Counted from the first letter of the stretch, positions 23,721 to 34,024 are shown. The stretch is DNA of 64,000 nt from a virus (IMGVR_UViG_3300021387_001390:2054-66053); one strand, 5' to 3'. Numbers and translations: made by a program. Notes: generated from the sequence alone by a model not told the origin.

Positions 23721-24707
23721 CTACAGATATTTCTGATAGTCTGATTTGAGCTGTTGCTTATCAATTACTGTGTATCCTAATGTTGTACTGATTTCACTAT
23801 GCCCTAGGATTTCCTTTATGTTCTCTGCAGGCATACCTTTCTTATGCAAAACTGTTGCCATTGTCCTTCTGAATTTATGAGGATGACACTTTATCCCTGT
23901 CTGCTCACCCAACCTTTGGCATAAGCATTCAATACTTCTTGTTGAGAGCTGCTGATGAGGCTTTCGACAAGATTCAAACAGATATACTGTAGGATAATCC
24001 CTATCCTTTATATACTGCTGAACCGTGACAACAGCCTTTGCAGTAAGGAATACCTTTCTAGACTTATCACCTTTACCATGATGAATATTGACTTCCTTTT
24101 CCTCAAAGTTAATGTCTTCAAGTTTAATGTTAACCAATTCAGCTACTCTGCATGCACTGGCATAAAGAACTTCAACAACCGCTCTTTCATAGTCATTGGC
24201 ACATGCCATTCTTAGCTTTTCCATTTCAACATCAGTAAAATAGTCTTTGATCGGTTCTTCGAATTTAACCGGCGCAATAGAAGCACAAGGATTCCTAACA
24301 AGATACTCATTATTGGTCAGCCATGAAAAGAATGCACTGATATAAGAACGCCGTATATCAAGAGTTCTATTGGACAACATCCTTTTCGTCTGCAGAGTAT
24401 ACAAATAGTACCGTATATCCTCAGTCGAAATCTTTTTTATTGGCTTGTCAATAAACCTGAGCATCCGAGTCAGTTCTCTATGATACTGATTGATAGATGA
24501 ATCCTGAAGACCTTCAATTTTTCTCATTGCAAGATAAAGCATCAATTCCTTAGGTAGCTCATTTTCATAAGCAACTATTTCATTTTTTCTTGGGACCACA
24601 TCGTAGTTTAGCAACATTCCATAGATCAGCTGTGTGATAGTTACAACATCGTTCCTTGGAAATTTCTTGAGGAGCTTTGTGGTTAATTCATGTATAAATT
24701 TCTCCAT
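23721..24707 (-). CDS. Second tyrosine recombinase (XerD-like, with an N-terminal SAM-like domain)
   Basis: ACRVAE, HGKGDK, HKFRRT, LGHSEISTTLGY; start reassigned to ATG 24707 after AAAGGA. Confidence 0.9.
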   Translation of the reverse strand: MEKFIHELTTKLLKKFPRNDVVTITQLIYGMLLNYDVVPRKNEIVAYENELPKELMLYLAMRKIEGLQDSSINQYHRELTRMLRFIDKPIKKISTEDIRYYLYTLQTKRMLSNRTLDIRRSYISAFFSWLTNNEYLVRNPCASIAPVKFEEPIKDYFTDVEMEKLRMACANDYERAVVEVLYASACRVAELVNIKLEDINFEEKEVNIHHGKGDKSRKVFLTAKAVVTVQQYIKDRDYPTVYLFESCRKPHQQLSTRSIECLCQRLGEQTGIKCHPHKFRRTMATVLHKKGMPAENIKEILGHSEISTTLGYTVIDKQQLKSDYQKYL

Positions 24708-25019
24708 AACATAATAATCCTTTCTATGATACAAATACATTTCCGGATTAAATACAGACAAAAAGTAATCCCCTCGATTTAGCCGAATCGAAGGGGATAA
24801 TGCCGTGCCATTAGGCCTCATTAGAATATATAACTCGACTTCATAACATAGCATTTTGCTTTTTGATTATCAAGTATCTAAAACGGATAATGCATTATAT
24901 CATAGATAAATAATTTGTACATGTTTGGCGTGAGATAGCAAGTCTTACTTAACATTTTGACTAGTAAGACTCTAAAAAAGATCTTATGAAGTTATTGCGC
25001 CTTATTCTTCTTTTACGAA

Positions 25020-25094
25020 CTAACTAATTGCTATTACCAAAGCGATAATAACGATTGTGTAAATGATTAGAAATGTGTAGGTTAGCTTTTTCAT
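25020..25094 (-). CDS. 24-aa hydrophobic micropeptide (MKKLTYTFLIIYTIVIIALVIAIS), copy 2
   Basis: ATGA overlap with the stop of the fibre gene; paralogue of 22124-22201. Confidence 0.6.
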   Translation of the reverse strand: MKKLTYTFLIIYTIVIIALVIAIS

Positions 25095-26665
25095 AGGTCT
25101 GCACTTAATAACATAGTTTCGTTGTGTATAATAAGCATTGCTAAATCAGATGTAGTAAGTCCACTTGAAGTAATAGTAAGCAAAAGTTGGTCATCAATAA
25201 GATTAGTTACTGTTATTGCAGAAACAGCATGTTGCCCGTCTTTTGTATAAAGTCTGAAATTAGAATAATCCGAAATAGCACTTAGCGTTGGAACAGCTCG
25301 CATTATTTCTGGTAACGCCATTGTTATTCTTGCTGTTGTTTCATTTGTTACATATCCGAACGCTCTTGCGAAATATGAAGCTACATTATTCAATGCAATA
25401 AAATACCTCTGACACTTAGCCAACTCTTGCTGATAGTTTGGTGCGGTGTCGTTGGCAAGGGTGGATACTGTTCCTAGTTCTAGCTTGACGGCTTTAATTG
25501 TAAGTGTCTTGTTTGCATTAGTAGTAATATCAACGGAATATCTATAAATTCCATTAACAATAGGCTGTGCAGTAAGCTGAATGGTAAAGGTATCATTAAA
25601 TGTTTTGGAGAATATAGGCGCCCATACTGTGTTATGTGCAACAATTCCACTTACTGTATATAGATTACCACTACCATCTAACAAGCTAAGGGTTGCAGTT
25701 TTTCCGTTAAGTCCATCAGCTTCATCCTCAAATATCTGATAAAATACGCAACTTTGGTTTGAATCAACAGGCGATAAAGTAACAACGTTTCCGCTTATTG
25801 CTACTTGGTTATTATTTCCACTATTCCATCTATCCAAAGAAACTGTATTTGCTCCGTAACTGCTCTGTCCCCTCTGATTAACAGTAAACCAAGGATTATC
25901 CAAGAGGTTAGGATTAGAGATAGCTTGAACATAAGGAGTCATTTCCCTGTTGGTCATGCTGTAAGGTTCGTAGGTGTCGTCCTTTATGCTTGCTGGGCGA
26001 AGCATAGGGTATACAGTTTCAGAAAATGATTCTGTATTATCATAAAAAGCTAAAAGCCAATGAACAGAATCATATCCGTCATAATCAATGGTAATGGATG
26101 TTTCTGCTGATTGACCAATGGTTTTAACATAGTTTCCATTTAAAAAACCTTGCAAATAAATCTCACAATGTGTAGCACGTCCACTTAGCTTATAACTACC
26201 ACTTTTGGGTTTCCAAGTATCAGCTTGAACATATACATTATTGCCTGCTGTGCCTGTTCCATCTCCACTAACAGAAATAGATTTATCAGTATTTACTGTA
26301 AGTGTTATTCCACTAATTGATTGATTTACTAAAGAATTTGGCAGTAAATTCTTAGCCCCAAGAACATTGTTCATATCAGCAATTTCATCTGATATGTCAC
26401 TTACTTTGTTCGTTAAAGTCTGAATATCCGCAGCAATTGTTGTCTGTGTACAGTTCTTTCCTTCTCCTGATGTAGCCTTTAATACATCATTTTTACTGAT
26501 ATCATCATCAGCCACATACATAAAACCATCGTTTCCTACAAAATAGGATCCTTTAGTATAAGGCTGGCTAGCTCCACTTCCTAATGTCTCCTGAGTTCCC
26601 ATGCCTTTTGAGACGATATTTCTTTCGTCATTTCCAATCTGAATTATATCTACAGCTTGTGCCAT
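25091..26665 (-). CDS. Tail fibre / receptor-binding protein
   Basis: GAKNLLPN and SNPNLLDNPWFTVNQRG carbohydrate-binding-like modules; ELAKCQRYF motif. Confidence 0.7.
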   Translation of the reverse strand: MAQAVDIIQIGNDERNIVSKGMGTQETLGSGASQPYTKGSYFVGNDGFMYVADDDISKNDVLKATSGEGKNCTQTTIAADIQTLTNKVSDISDEIADMNNVLGAKNLLPNSLVNQSISGITLTVNTDKSISVSGDGTGTAGNNVYVQADTWKPKSGSYKLSGRATHCEIYLQGFLNGNYVKTIGQSAETSITIDYDGYDSVHWLLAFYDNTESFSETVYPMLRPASIKDDTYEPYSMTNREMTPYVQAISNPNLLDNPWFTVNQRGQSSYGANTVSLDRWNSGNNNQVAISGNVVTLSPVDSNQSCVFYQIFEDEADGLNGKTATLSLLDGSGNLYTVSGIVAHNTVWAPIFSKTFNDTFTIQLTAQPIVNGIYRYSVDITTNANKTLTIKAVKLELGTVSTLANDTAPNYQQELAKCQRYFIALNNVASYFARAFGYVTNETTARITMALPEIMRAVPTLSAISDYSNFRLYTKDGQHAVSAITVTNLIDDQLLLTITSSGLTTSDLAMLIIHNETMLLSADL

Positions 26666-26678
26666 GTCTTATTCCTCC

Positions 26679-27119
26679 TTAACATACGACTTTTGTACCC
26701 TCAAAACGGAACAGAAGAGAGGGCAATACAACTTTATCGTTACTAAAACTTGCAGCCATTGATCTGATTGAGCTATAAACTCCGCCAGATTTTACAAGGT
26801 GCTCACTATCAGCTGTTGGAACATCATCAATAATTAACCCGTTATAATCATCGATGAAATCCATGGTCTCGTACTCATCTTTCTCTTCCAGAGTAAGAGC
26901 GTCCCACTGCTGTACAGATCCAGTGAAATTGCTTGAGCTTTTATTCTTAGCCCACTGGCCATCTCCTCTAAGGAACTTCTCTTCATCACCGGCCTGTGGC
27001 GCAGGAACATATCCTTTAGTACCATCCGCACTTGCAGTTGCACCGGTAAACGAATTAGTAGTAGTGCCAGGAATAGGAGTAACAGCACCAGTTGATTTAT
27101 CTACTATCTGCATACTCAT
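26679..27119 (-). CDS. Tail fibre-associated protein
   Basis: FTGATASADGTKGYVPAPQAGDEEKFLRGDGQW motif. Confidence 0.65.
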   Translation of the reverse strand: MSMQIVDKSTGAVTPIPGTTTNSFTGATASADGTKGYVPAPQAGDEEKFLRGDGQWAKNKSSSNFTGSVQQWDALTLEEKDEYETMDFIDDYNGLIIDDVPTADSEHLVKSGGVYSSIRSMAASFSNDKVVLPSLLFRFEGTKVVC

Positions 27120-27139
27120 AGTTAATTTATTCTCCTTCC

Positions 27140-28540
27140 TTAATCATTTGTGAAGAGAGCATAAGAATATATAGTCCTTTCAAAGACTGTCTTTTCTTCC
27201 CACTCTTCCTTGGTTCCCTTGTAGATAAGATCCTGACTAGATGTCTGCCATTCACTCCACAGAGAACTCTTGTAGTAACGTCTGTATACAATATTGGTAT
27301 CAGTAACAAGTGTTTGCTGAAGGTCATTCTCACCCTCAAATAATTTTTCAACCTTTATCTTGAACTTAGCTCTCATGTTACTATCAATACCAAGAGGAGC
27401 ATTCGTTACAAAGAAGTTTGTCTTAATCTTGCTGTACTCATCAACATCTGTGAGGTCATCAAGGTCAACCATCTCAGTTATCTCGTTCTTAGGAACAAGC
27501 CTTGTTGCACTATCAGCAAGCTCGTCAATAGCTGCCTGAACATCATCTGCCTCAAGGCCTGAAGCGGTATTGTCATACTCAACCATATCAGCAGCGTAGT
27601 CACCGTCTTCAGGAACTACATATCCGTTACGCCCCTTAAAGGTCATAACACCGCCACCGGCAGCCTGATGTGCCTGCTCAGCCCACCACTTGGCATTGTT
27701 ATTGTAAGTTTCGTCTGAACGAGGAACCGGTTGTCCATTTCTTTCACCGACAGCCCAAGCCTCTGAGTCTTCCTTGAACAGAGCAGCAGCAAACTCTGAA
27801 TCTGCTGCATTTAATGCTGATGTTGCAGCTGCTGTAGCTGAGTCGGCGGCATTACCTTCTGATGTAGCAGCATTAGCTTCTGATGTAGCAGCTGCTGTAG
27901 CTGAATCTGCAGCGTTACCTTCTGATGTAGCAGCTGCTGTAGCTGAGTTTGCAGAAGCTGTAGCTGAGTTTGCAGCGCTAGTCTCTGACGTTGCCGCATT
28001 TTCCTCACTTGTCTTTGCATTTGCCTCTGATGTAGCAGCTGCAGCTGCTGATGCATGTACATCTTCAACTACCTGTTCAGCTCTGTCTGCATCAGCTTCT
28101 GCATTTTGCGCAGATGCATCAGCCCTGCTTGCAGACTGATCAGCAGCATTAGCATAATCATGTGCATCATTAGCAGATATTGCAGAAGCATTCGCACTAT
28201 CAAGCGCATTATTAGCACTTGTTGCAGCCTGAGCCATAGACCTTGCTGCATTGGTAGCAAACTCATTTGCATGGTCTTCTGATGTTGCAGCTTTCTGTGC
28301 TTCTACAACCGTAGCTTCATATTTTTCCACAGTATGCTCATAGGTTGTATTAGCAGCATCTGCATGTTCTCCGGCTTCAGTTGCACTTGAAGCTGCAGCC
28401 TCTGCAGCGGCCTGCGCATCTCCTGAATATTTTGGAAGATTGGCAAGGTATGCTTCATACTCTTCAACTGTACCTCTATATCCACCGGCAACAGCATATC
28501 CATAAGAAGTGACCAAGCCTAAATCCTGCGTTGTAGCCAT
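27140..28540 (-). CDS. Tail fibre protein with Ala/Ser/Thr repeats
   Basis: Tandem 14-aa ATAAATSEGNAADS-type units, then YHNNAK-like NNAKWWAEQA. Confidence 0.75.
   Translation of the reverse strand: MATTQDLGLVTSYGYAVAGGYRGTVEEYEAYLANLPKYSGDAQAAAEAAASSATEAGEHADAANTTYEHTVEKYEATVVEAQKAATSEDHANEFATNAARSMAQAATSANNALDSANASAISANDAHDYANAADQSASRADASAQNAEADADRAEQVVEDVHASAAAAATSEANAKTSEENAATSETSAANSATASANSATAAATSEGNAADSATAAATSEANAATSEGNAADSATAAATSALNAADSEFAAALFKEDSEAWAVGERNGQPVPRSDETYNNNAKWWAEQAHQAAGGGVMTFKGRNGYVVPEDGDYAADMVEYDNTASGLEADDVQAAIDELADSATRLVPKNEITEMVDLDDLTDVDEYSKIKTNFFVTNAPLGIDSNMRAKFKIKVEKLFEGENDLQQTLVTDTNIVYRRYYKSSLWSEWQTSSQDLIYKGTKEEWEEKTVFERTIYSYALFTND
27800..28050 (-). repeat. ~42-bp coding tandem repeats in the fibre gene
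   Basis: Repeated CCTTCTGATGTAGCAGCTGCTGTAGCTGA units on the + strand. Confidence 0.75.
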
Positions 28541-28556
28541 ATTTTCTCCTTCCTAT

Positions 28557-29159
28557 TTACTCCCAGTGTACAAGTAAATTTTTGCTATCTTCAATTTCAA
28601 AACTACCTCTCCATTCATCAACCTTCTCACAGATGAGGTGTCCGGTATTTCTGTCTATATGCATTACACATATCGTTCCTGCAAGGGCAGCATCCTGAGC
28701 ACTTTTCTCAGCAGCTACTGCGGCGGCCTGAGCAGCCGTTGTAAACTGTGCAAGTGCCTCAAACTCATTTTCTGAAATGATATAACCAGGATCAAATGAT
28801 GCCGGTGTTACAAGCAGAATAAATGGGAATGACTTGATCTGATTATTGGTTCCTTTTGAGAAGATGACTATCTCGTAATCACTTCTTCCTACTACAGCAG
28901 TCATCTGATAGGTAATCTCTACCTTTAATGTACTGCTAGATGTTATCTCGCAAAGGTTCCATATTTCCTTGCCATCCGGCTTTGTTCCGGCAATAGTGAC
29001 ATAGTCGTTATCACTGTCTACTTCAAATGGCACACCATTTTCAATCATCTCAATCTCGATATAACGAGTTTCATTACCATCACCCTGAACCGCAGGAACC
29101 TGGATAAAATTATTATTAGACGAAAAGTCCACAATGTAATGTTGTGTTACGCTATTCAT
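28557..29159 (-). CDS. Baseplate upper protein N-terminal (BppU_N)-like
   Basis: AVQGDGNETRYIEIEM...GTKPDGK. Confidence 0.75.
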   Translation of the reverse strand: MNSVTQHYIVDFSSNNNFIQVPAVQGDGNETRYIEIEMIENGVPFEVDSDNDYVTIAGTKPDGKEIWNLCEITSSSTLKVEITYQMTAVVGRSDYEIVIFSKGTNNQIKSFPFILLVTPASFDPGYIISENEFEALAQFTTAAQAAAVAAEKSAQDAALAGTICVMHIDRNTGHLICEKVDEWRGSFEIEDSKNLLVHWE

Positions 29160-29195
29160 TTATCCCCCTTTCTGAAGGTATACAAAATAACCCTC

Positions 29196-29372
29196 TTACT
29201 GTTCCTCTTCAGCAGGCGCATCATCTTCTTCTTTCATGATAACTACAGAGTTGCTGTTCATTGAATTGTATCCAAGTGTATATCCGGCACTTTCAAGAAC
29301 GTCAAACAGTTCTTCTGCATTTTCCTTGGTATCTGAATAACAGTTACCAATTACCATTAACTTTTTAGCCAT
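29196..29372 (-). CDS. 58-aa hypothetical protein (MAKKLMVIGNCYSDTKENAEELF...), not in the ORF track
   Basis: GAAGGAG SD, overlaps the upstream stop, fills the operon gap. Confidence 0.65.
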   Translation of the reverse strand: MAKKLMVIGNCYSDTKENAEELFDVLESAGYTLGYNSMNSNSVVIMKEEDDAPAEEEQ

Positions 29373-29739
29373 TATTGTCTCCTTCCTCGACCATAAAATC
29401 TATTGTCAGAATCTCATTAGCATTAAGAGGAGAAGAGAGCAGCTCTTCTTGAGTAATCATCTGAATAGGTACTTCATGTGATATCTCATTAAACTCCTTC
29501 ATTTCCTCAACAAACTTCTTGAATGCTTCGGATCCTACCTGAATAGAAGCCGAACCATTTTCATTTGTTTCACCATACTTAAATATGGTTTTGTCTTTGA
29601 GATTCTGATATTCTACAAGCTCTTCAGAAATCTTTCTCATGTTACGGGCAACTGCATATGCAAACTTGCCAGTTACCTTTTCAGATATTTTCTGCATAGC
29701 TTGCAAATAGTTGTCCATCTGAATATTAGTTAATTTCAT
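29365..29739 (-). CDS. Hypothetical tail-region protein
   Basis: 124 aa, GGGAG SD. Confidence 0.75.
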   Translation of the reverse strand: MKLTNIQMDNYLQAMQKISEKVTGKFAYAVARNMRKISEELVEYQNLKDKTIFKYGETNENGSASIQVGSEAFKKFVEEMKEFNEISHEVPIQMITQEELLSSPLNANEILTIDFMVEEGDNNG

Positions 29740-29760
29740 TTTGTTTCTCCCTTTTAGTCA

Positions 29761-32700
29761 TTATGAATTTCCCATAAAATAGAAATGTGATACATGATTA
29801 AAACTTACTGGCTTTCCATCACATGTAGCTTCAGGATAATCGTTGAAAGCATAGCCACTAAAAGATCCAACTGCACCCCCTCTAAAACTTAGATAAGAAG
29901 TAGACATCACCCCACTAGTTATGTTTGACGCATTAAGATTGCTGAATTTTGCGTTAACTGCATTTAAGTCTGTAATAGAAGCCTTTGTAGCTATTAAGTT
30001 AGTCAGATTAGCATTGACTGCATTCAAATCTGAAATAGAGGCCTTTGTTGCTACAAGAGAATTTATATTAGCTGTTTCGGCCCACAGACTACCAATACTT
30101 GCTTCATGAGCAGATAACGTTCCATGGATAGTGACATTATCGGCCTCAAGATTACCAATCCTTGCATACATCGCTTCAAGATATTTCGCATAAATATAGT
30201 CTGCTGAGATCTGCTGAATATGAGATACACAATTACTTTGGAATGGAGCCGCTGCATTACTGCCATAGAATGATGTACCACCAAATGATCCCCAGGTAAT
30301 TCCGTTATCATAGCCAACACTACCAAAATGGCTTCCCCATTGGACTCCATTTATGGATGCCCAGTTGGATATAGTGATATGCTTAAACGATGCTGTGCCG
30401 TCTGAATTGATATACCAATTACCATTTCCTGAATGAATACTGTTTGAAGCAATAGTTGCTCCACCAATATTCCCAGAGATGGCTGTGATATATCCTGCCT
30501 CAGTTACAGAAAAGGTATTTCCTGTACCTAAAGAGATACCATCTGTACCAACATACACACCCCTTGCATTGGCAGTCAGTGATGATTTTCCGTTATACAT
30601 TTTATTGGCCTGAATAACAAAACCGCCCTCACCATTATCGTTACATCCTATATGACCGGACTGTGCCTGAATAACACCATTAACCTCAAGAGTATCTCCA
30701 TTCAGCGTTAAACGCTTCTTTCCAGTGGTTTTGGAGTTAAACTCAAACGTACCGTCATTAAGGTTGATATGTGTTCCGGCGTTGCCACTATTTTTATTAC
30801 CTGATGTCTTATAGTTGGAAGAGTAGATGTCTCCACCAACGATAGTTGAACCGGCAACATAGCCTGCAATCAAGAAGTCAGCAAACGTTCCAAACAATGA
30901 CTCTTTCGTAAAGATAAGTTTTCCATTGGAATCTATGCTAGGCATATCAACATCAGCACGGCCTACACTCATTGATACAGATCGCCATCCATCATCAGTA
31001 AACAAGATCCTTCCTCCGCCGAGATATATGGCGTCATAGTTATCTGTCTGTTCACGTCCATGCTGACCGGTTGTAGTTGTGATCCATAAACCATTTTCGT
31101 CAATCAGGGTTTCATTATCTTCTGCATTTGACAGATAATACTGTTGGCCAAGCAATCCATTCTTCAATGCTTCCCCTATAGAATCAGTACTCTCAGCACT
31201 GGCGTTCCATGTAGACTGATTAAATGATACAGATGTAGCCGCTGAACTAGCTGCATTAAGTGCATCTGTTACATCATCAAACACAGTCTTGGACTTCCTG
31301 AGGACATTTCCGAATGTAACATTGAAGTCATTCTGATCTAAGAAATTGATATGCATGGTGAGCAGCTTTGCTCTGACATTATAATCATCACGGATTGTTA
31401 CCCACACATAATTACCAATATCAAAATCTCCTGAATACACATCAAACTCGGGCATAGTAAACAGATTGAGCATACTTGCACTGAACTGTATCTGTGGTTG
31501 AGCTACCTTGGCAAGTTCCTTTTCTCCATACTCAAGGAAAGAGTAGAGCATCTCAAATCTCTCATCCTCAGTCATTACATCTGTGACAAGGTAGTTATCT
31601 GATGAAAGCTCTTCTTCACGAATAAATGTTGACAGCTCCTTCAGCTGCTTTGGAGTAAAGTTATTTGTCATGGAAGTCAGATTAACTATTACAGTCTTAT
31701 CTGTTTGAATGATAGCCTGATCATTCTTTAATGATGTAAGAGTAGCGTTAACCACAGCTATCTGATCATCAAGCGCATTTATCATGTAGAGCGGTGGGAG
31801 ATAGGTATCGATGTATCTTTGCTGAATACGACTTTCTGTACTTTCAGCATCACCATATCCTGCTTTCATCGCCACAGCCTGTAGATTCTCAGCTGCAGCC
31901 CTCTTTTCCTTAAGAGTAGCAAGATTACAGCTATACCATTTATTAACATCAACCCACGCACCGTTCCATCGATACATGTTATTTGTGTTGCGAATAAGAT
32001 ACAGAGTAGTAGCAACTCCCGTCGCCGGAAGACTGTCCACCAATACGGTGGCCGTAGGCCTTTCAAATGTGACTGCATCAGTTCCATCTTCGGTGTAGGA
32101 GATTGTTCCATAACCAGGATATCTTGTATTAATAAGCCATGGCATAAGAGTAGATGACCACTTACTTATCTCTGTATAGTAGTTCTGATATTTTGCAAGC
32201 AGGAGAGTATAAGCATCCTTATAACTCTTTCCTTGAAGCTCAGCCTGTGTAATAACCCCGTCCTTATATGTGAACAAAGACAAATCAACAGTCTGATTAA
32301 CAAGGACCTGCCATGAATTGTACGCTTCTAGAAGCTCATCTGACATATATTCACTGTTCGCATAAAATGAGAAATTATACAGCCTATCATTTCCCATATT
32401 GACTTCTCTTACCGACAAGTCATCTTGTCCTGTTAAAGTGATACATGTCTTGATGTCATCAATAGAATAATCCATTTGAGTCTTTTCAAGAAGTGAATCA
32501 AAAGTCAGATGTATATTAGTATCTTCTCCGTATTCATCTAATGTATAAGCACTGATTGTCTTATTGATAGAATCAAATATGAAGATACACTCAAAAGCCT
32601 CTGCTACATCTTTTGTCAGAAAGCTGTAAACATCCTGCCTAGTAACATTAAAGCTTCTTTTCATAGACCATAAGCTGTCACTAACGTGAGCTATGGACCA

Positions 32701-33150
32701 TTCCGGATGCTTCTCAAGCACTAAATGAAGAAGTGAATGAGATTGATTACCAGGACTGTAGAACGACACTCCGTCAATTGACTCTGTTAATCCTTCGTTG
32801 ATCGAGAACAGTTCAATATAACGCTGTCCCAACTGACACTCATAACTTTGACATGATATTTCCTTATGTTCGGTTGCCTGTCCCTCATTTTCTGTCTGTA
32901 TATCCTTTATGGAGAACTGTCCGTATTTGGGGACGAGAACATATTTCATTACATCAATATCTTCATAGAATGGCACAATCTCATTATCCATCATATAAGG
33001 AATTTCAAATGAGAGAGTATCAACTTCGTTAAACTTATGGTCCCATGTTTTGGCAGTACAGCGTAAAACACCAATCCTTTCTCCTGATGCTTTGCAAAGA
33101 ATAAAATCAGGATTATCCCAATGTCCCATATTATTTCTGTTTATTTTCAT
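29761..33150 (-). CDS. Tail-associated (Tal-like) baseplate hub / host-specificity protein
   Basis: 1129 aa after Dit; N-terminal tail-hub region, coiled middle, C-terminal 21-aa repeats ATKASI(S/T)DLNAVNA. Confidence 0.75.
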   Translation of the reverse strand: MKINRNNMGHWDNPDFILCKASGERIGVLRCTAKTWDHKFNEVDTLSFEIPYMMDNEIVPFYEDIDVMKYVLVPKYGQFSIKDIQTENEGQATEHKEISCQSYECQLGQRYIELFSINEGLTESIDGVSFYSPGNQSHSLLHLVLEKHPEWSIAHVSDSLWSMKRSFNVTRQDVYSFLTKDVAEAFECIFIFDSINKTISAYTLDEYGEDTNIHLTFDSLLEKTQMDYSIDDIKTCITLTGQDDLSVREVNMGNDRLYNFSFYANSEYMSDELLEAYNSWQVLVNQTVDLSLFTYKDGVITQAELQGKSYKDAYTLLLAKYQNYYTEISKWSSTLMPWLINTRYPGYGTISYTEDGTDAVTFERPTATVLVDSLPATGVATTLYLIRNTNNMYRWNGAWVDVNKWYSCNLATLKEKRAAAENLQAVAMKAGYGDAESTESRIQQRYIDTYLPPLYMINALDDQIAVVNATLTSLKNDQAIIQTDKTVIVNLTSMTNNFTPKQLKELSTFIREEELSSDNYLVTDVMTEDERFEMLYSFLEYGEKELAKVAQPQIQFSASMLNLFTMPEFDVYSGDFDIGNYVWVTIRDDYNVRAKLLTMHINFLDQNDFNVTFGNVLRKSKTVFDDVTDALNAASSAATSVSFNQSTWNASAESTDSIGEALKNGLLGQQYYLSNAEDNETLIDENGLWITTTTGQHGREQTDNYDAIYLGGGRILFTDDGWRSVSMSVGRADVDMPSIDSNGKLIFTKESLFGTFADFLIAGYVAGSTIVGGDIYSSNYKTSGNKNSGNAGTHINLNDGTFEFNSKTTGKKRLTLNGDTLEVNGVIQAQSGHIGCNDNGEGGFVIQANKMYNGKSSLTANARGVYVGTDGISLGTGNTFSVTEAGYITAISGNIGGATIASNSIHSGNGNWYINSDGTASFKHITISNWASINGVQWGSHFGSVGYDNGITWGSFGGTSFYGSNAAAPFQSNCVSHIQQISADYIYAKYLEAMYARIGNLEADNVTIHGTLSAHEASIGSLWAETANINSLVATKASISDLNAVNANLTNLIATKASITDLNAVNAKFSNLNASNITSGVMSTSYLSFRGGAVGSFSGYAFNDYPEATCDGKPVSFNHVSHFYFMGNS

Positions 33151-33965
33151 GAAACATAACCCACCTTTCTAGCTGCCCTAAAGGTAAACTTCAAGGTGGC
33201 GTTTTGATTACACATATATTCATTTTTTCCTGGTTTCAATCTGATCCATCTAAGGTTAAAATCATTTAGAATAAATCTACGTAATTTCGATGAAGTGAGA
33301 AGGTTCTTCTGAGAATCAAATGTCAGTTTTTCTCCGGCAGTACAATTTTGCACCTGACTTTCCCAATCATCTGTTGTATTTTTCAAAGTGAGGGTTCCTG
33401 CAGTACTTAATGTAATCTCAACCTTAGGAAGAAGATAATCCCACAAATCATCAGAATTATTGAACACATAGAATGGAGTATTAGCCTTAGCACTAATGTA
33501 GATTGTCTGTTCTTCAGAATAAGCACGTCCACCATCTGTCAGGAATGTAACATCAAATCCAACTACATGTGTTCCTAAACGTTCATACTCAATTCTTGAT
33601 ACCATAGCACGATAGTAAAAGTCTGTTTCCATTACCTGATTATTCACGAGCTTAAGCCATGAATATCCAGGTTTTCCTGTAAGCAGTCGATTGAACTGTC
33701 TCAGCTCATTTTCTGTGAAGTAGTCATTAGCTCTACCACTACAGTCATTACGGGCAAACTTTACAGTAAACTCATTTGCTTCGTCATACTTCTGACTTGT
33801 ATATGTACTATGTACATTCTCTCCAACAAAAACACTTGTTATATTTGGAGTAAGAGACATGTTCTCTACATCATCAATTTCTCCATCGGAACCATTTCCG
33901 CTAACAAGAAAATAATCTGTCATCCTAAAATCATTGAATATTAAGTCGTCACATGTAATAACCAT
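33147..33965 (-). CDS. Distal tail protein (Dit)-like
   Basis: Follows the tape measure; NLRWIRLKPGKNE motif; start reassigned to 33965 after GGAGGG. Confidence 0.75.
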   Translation of the reverse strand: MVITCDDLIFNDFRMTDYFLVSGNGSDGEIDDVENMSLTPNITSVFVGENVHSTYTSQKYDEANEFTVKFARNDCSGRANDYFTENELRQFNRLLTGKPGYSWLKLVNNQVMETDFYYRAMVSRIEYERLGTHVVGFDVTFLTDGGRAYSEEQTIYISAKANTPFYVFNNSDDLWDYLLPKVEITLSTAGTLTLKNTTDDWESQVQNCTAGEKLTFDSQKNLLTSSKLRRFILNDFNLRWIRLKPGKNEYMCNQNATLKFTFRAARKVGYVS

Positions 33966-34024
33966 CTGTACCCTCCTTTCTATTAGAATAGGAGAGTGCT
34001 CAGTAAAGAACACTCTCCCTTAAA

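Noticed and set aside
24708-24854. N-terminal extension of the recombinase in the ORF track
   Set aside because: It runs through a strong hairpin; a better SD precedes 24707
21934-25019. Inverted 9-bp TTCGTAAAA pair as recombinase inversion sites
   Set aside because: Too short and AT-rich, and lacks symmetric partner arms; may be chance
23500-26665. Active diversity-generating retroelement
   Set aside because: No reverse transcriptase in the window and no adenine-mismatched TR/VR repeat pair found
27774-28282. Ala-rich and other ORFs antisense or out of frame to the fibre gene
   Set aside because: Shadows of the GCA/GCT repeat region
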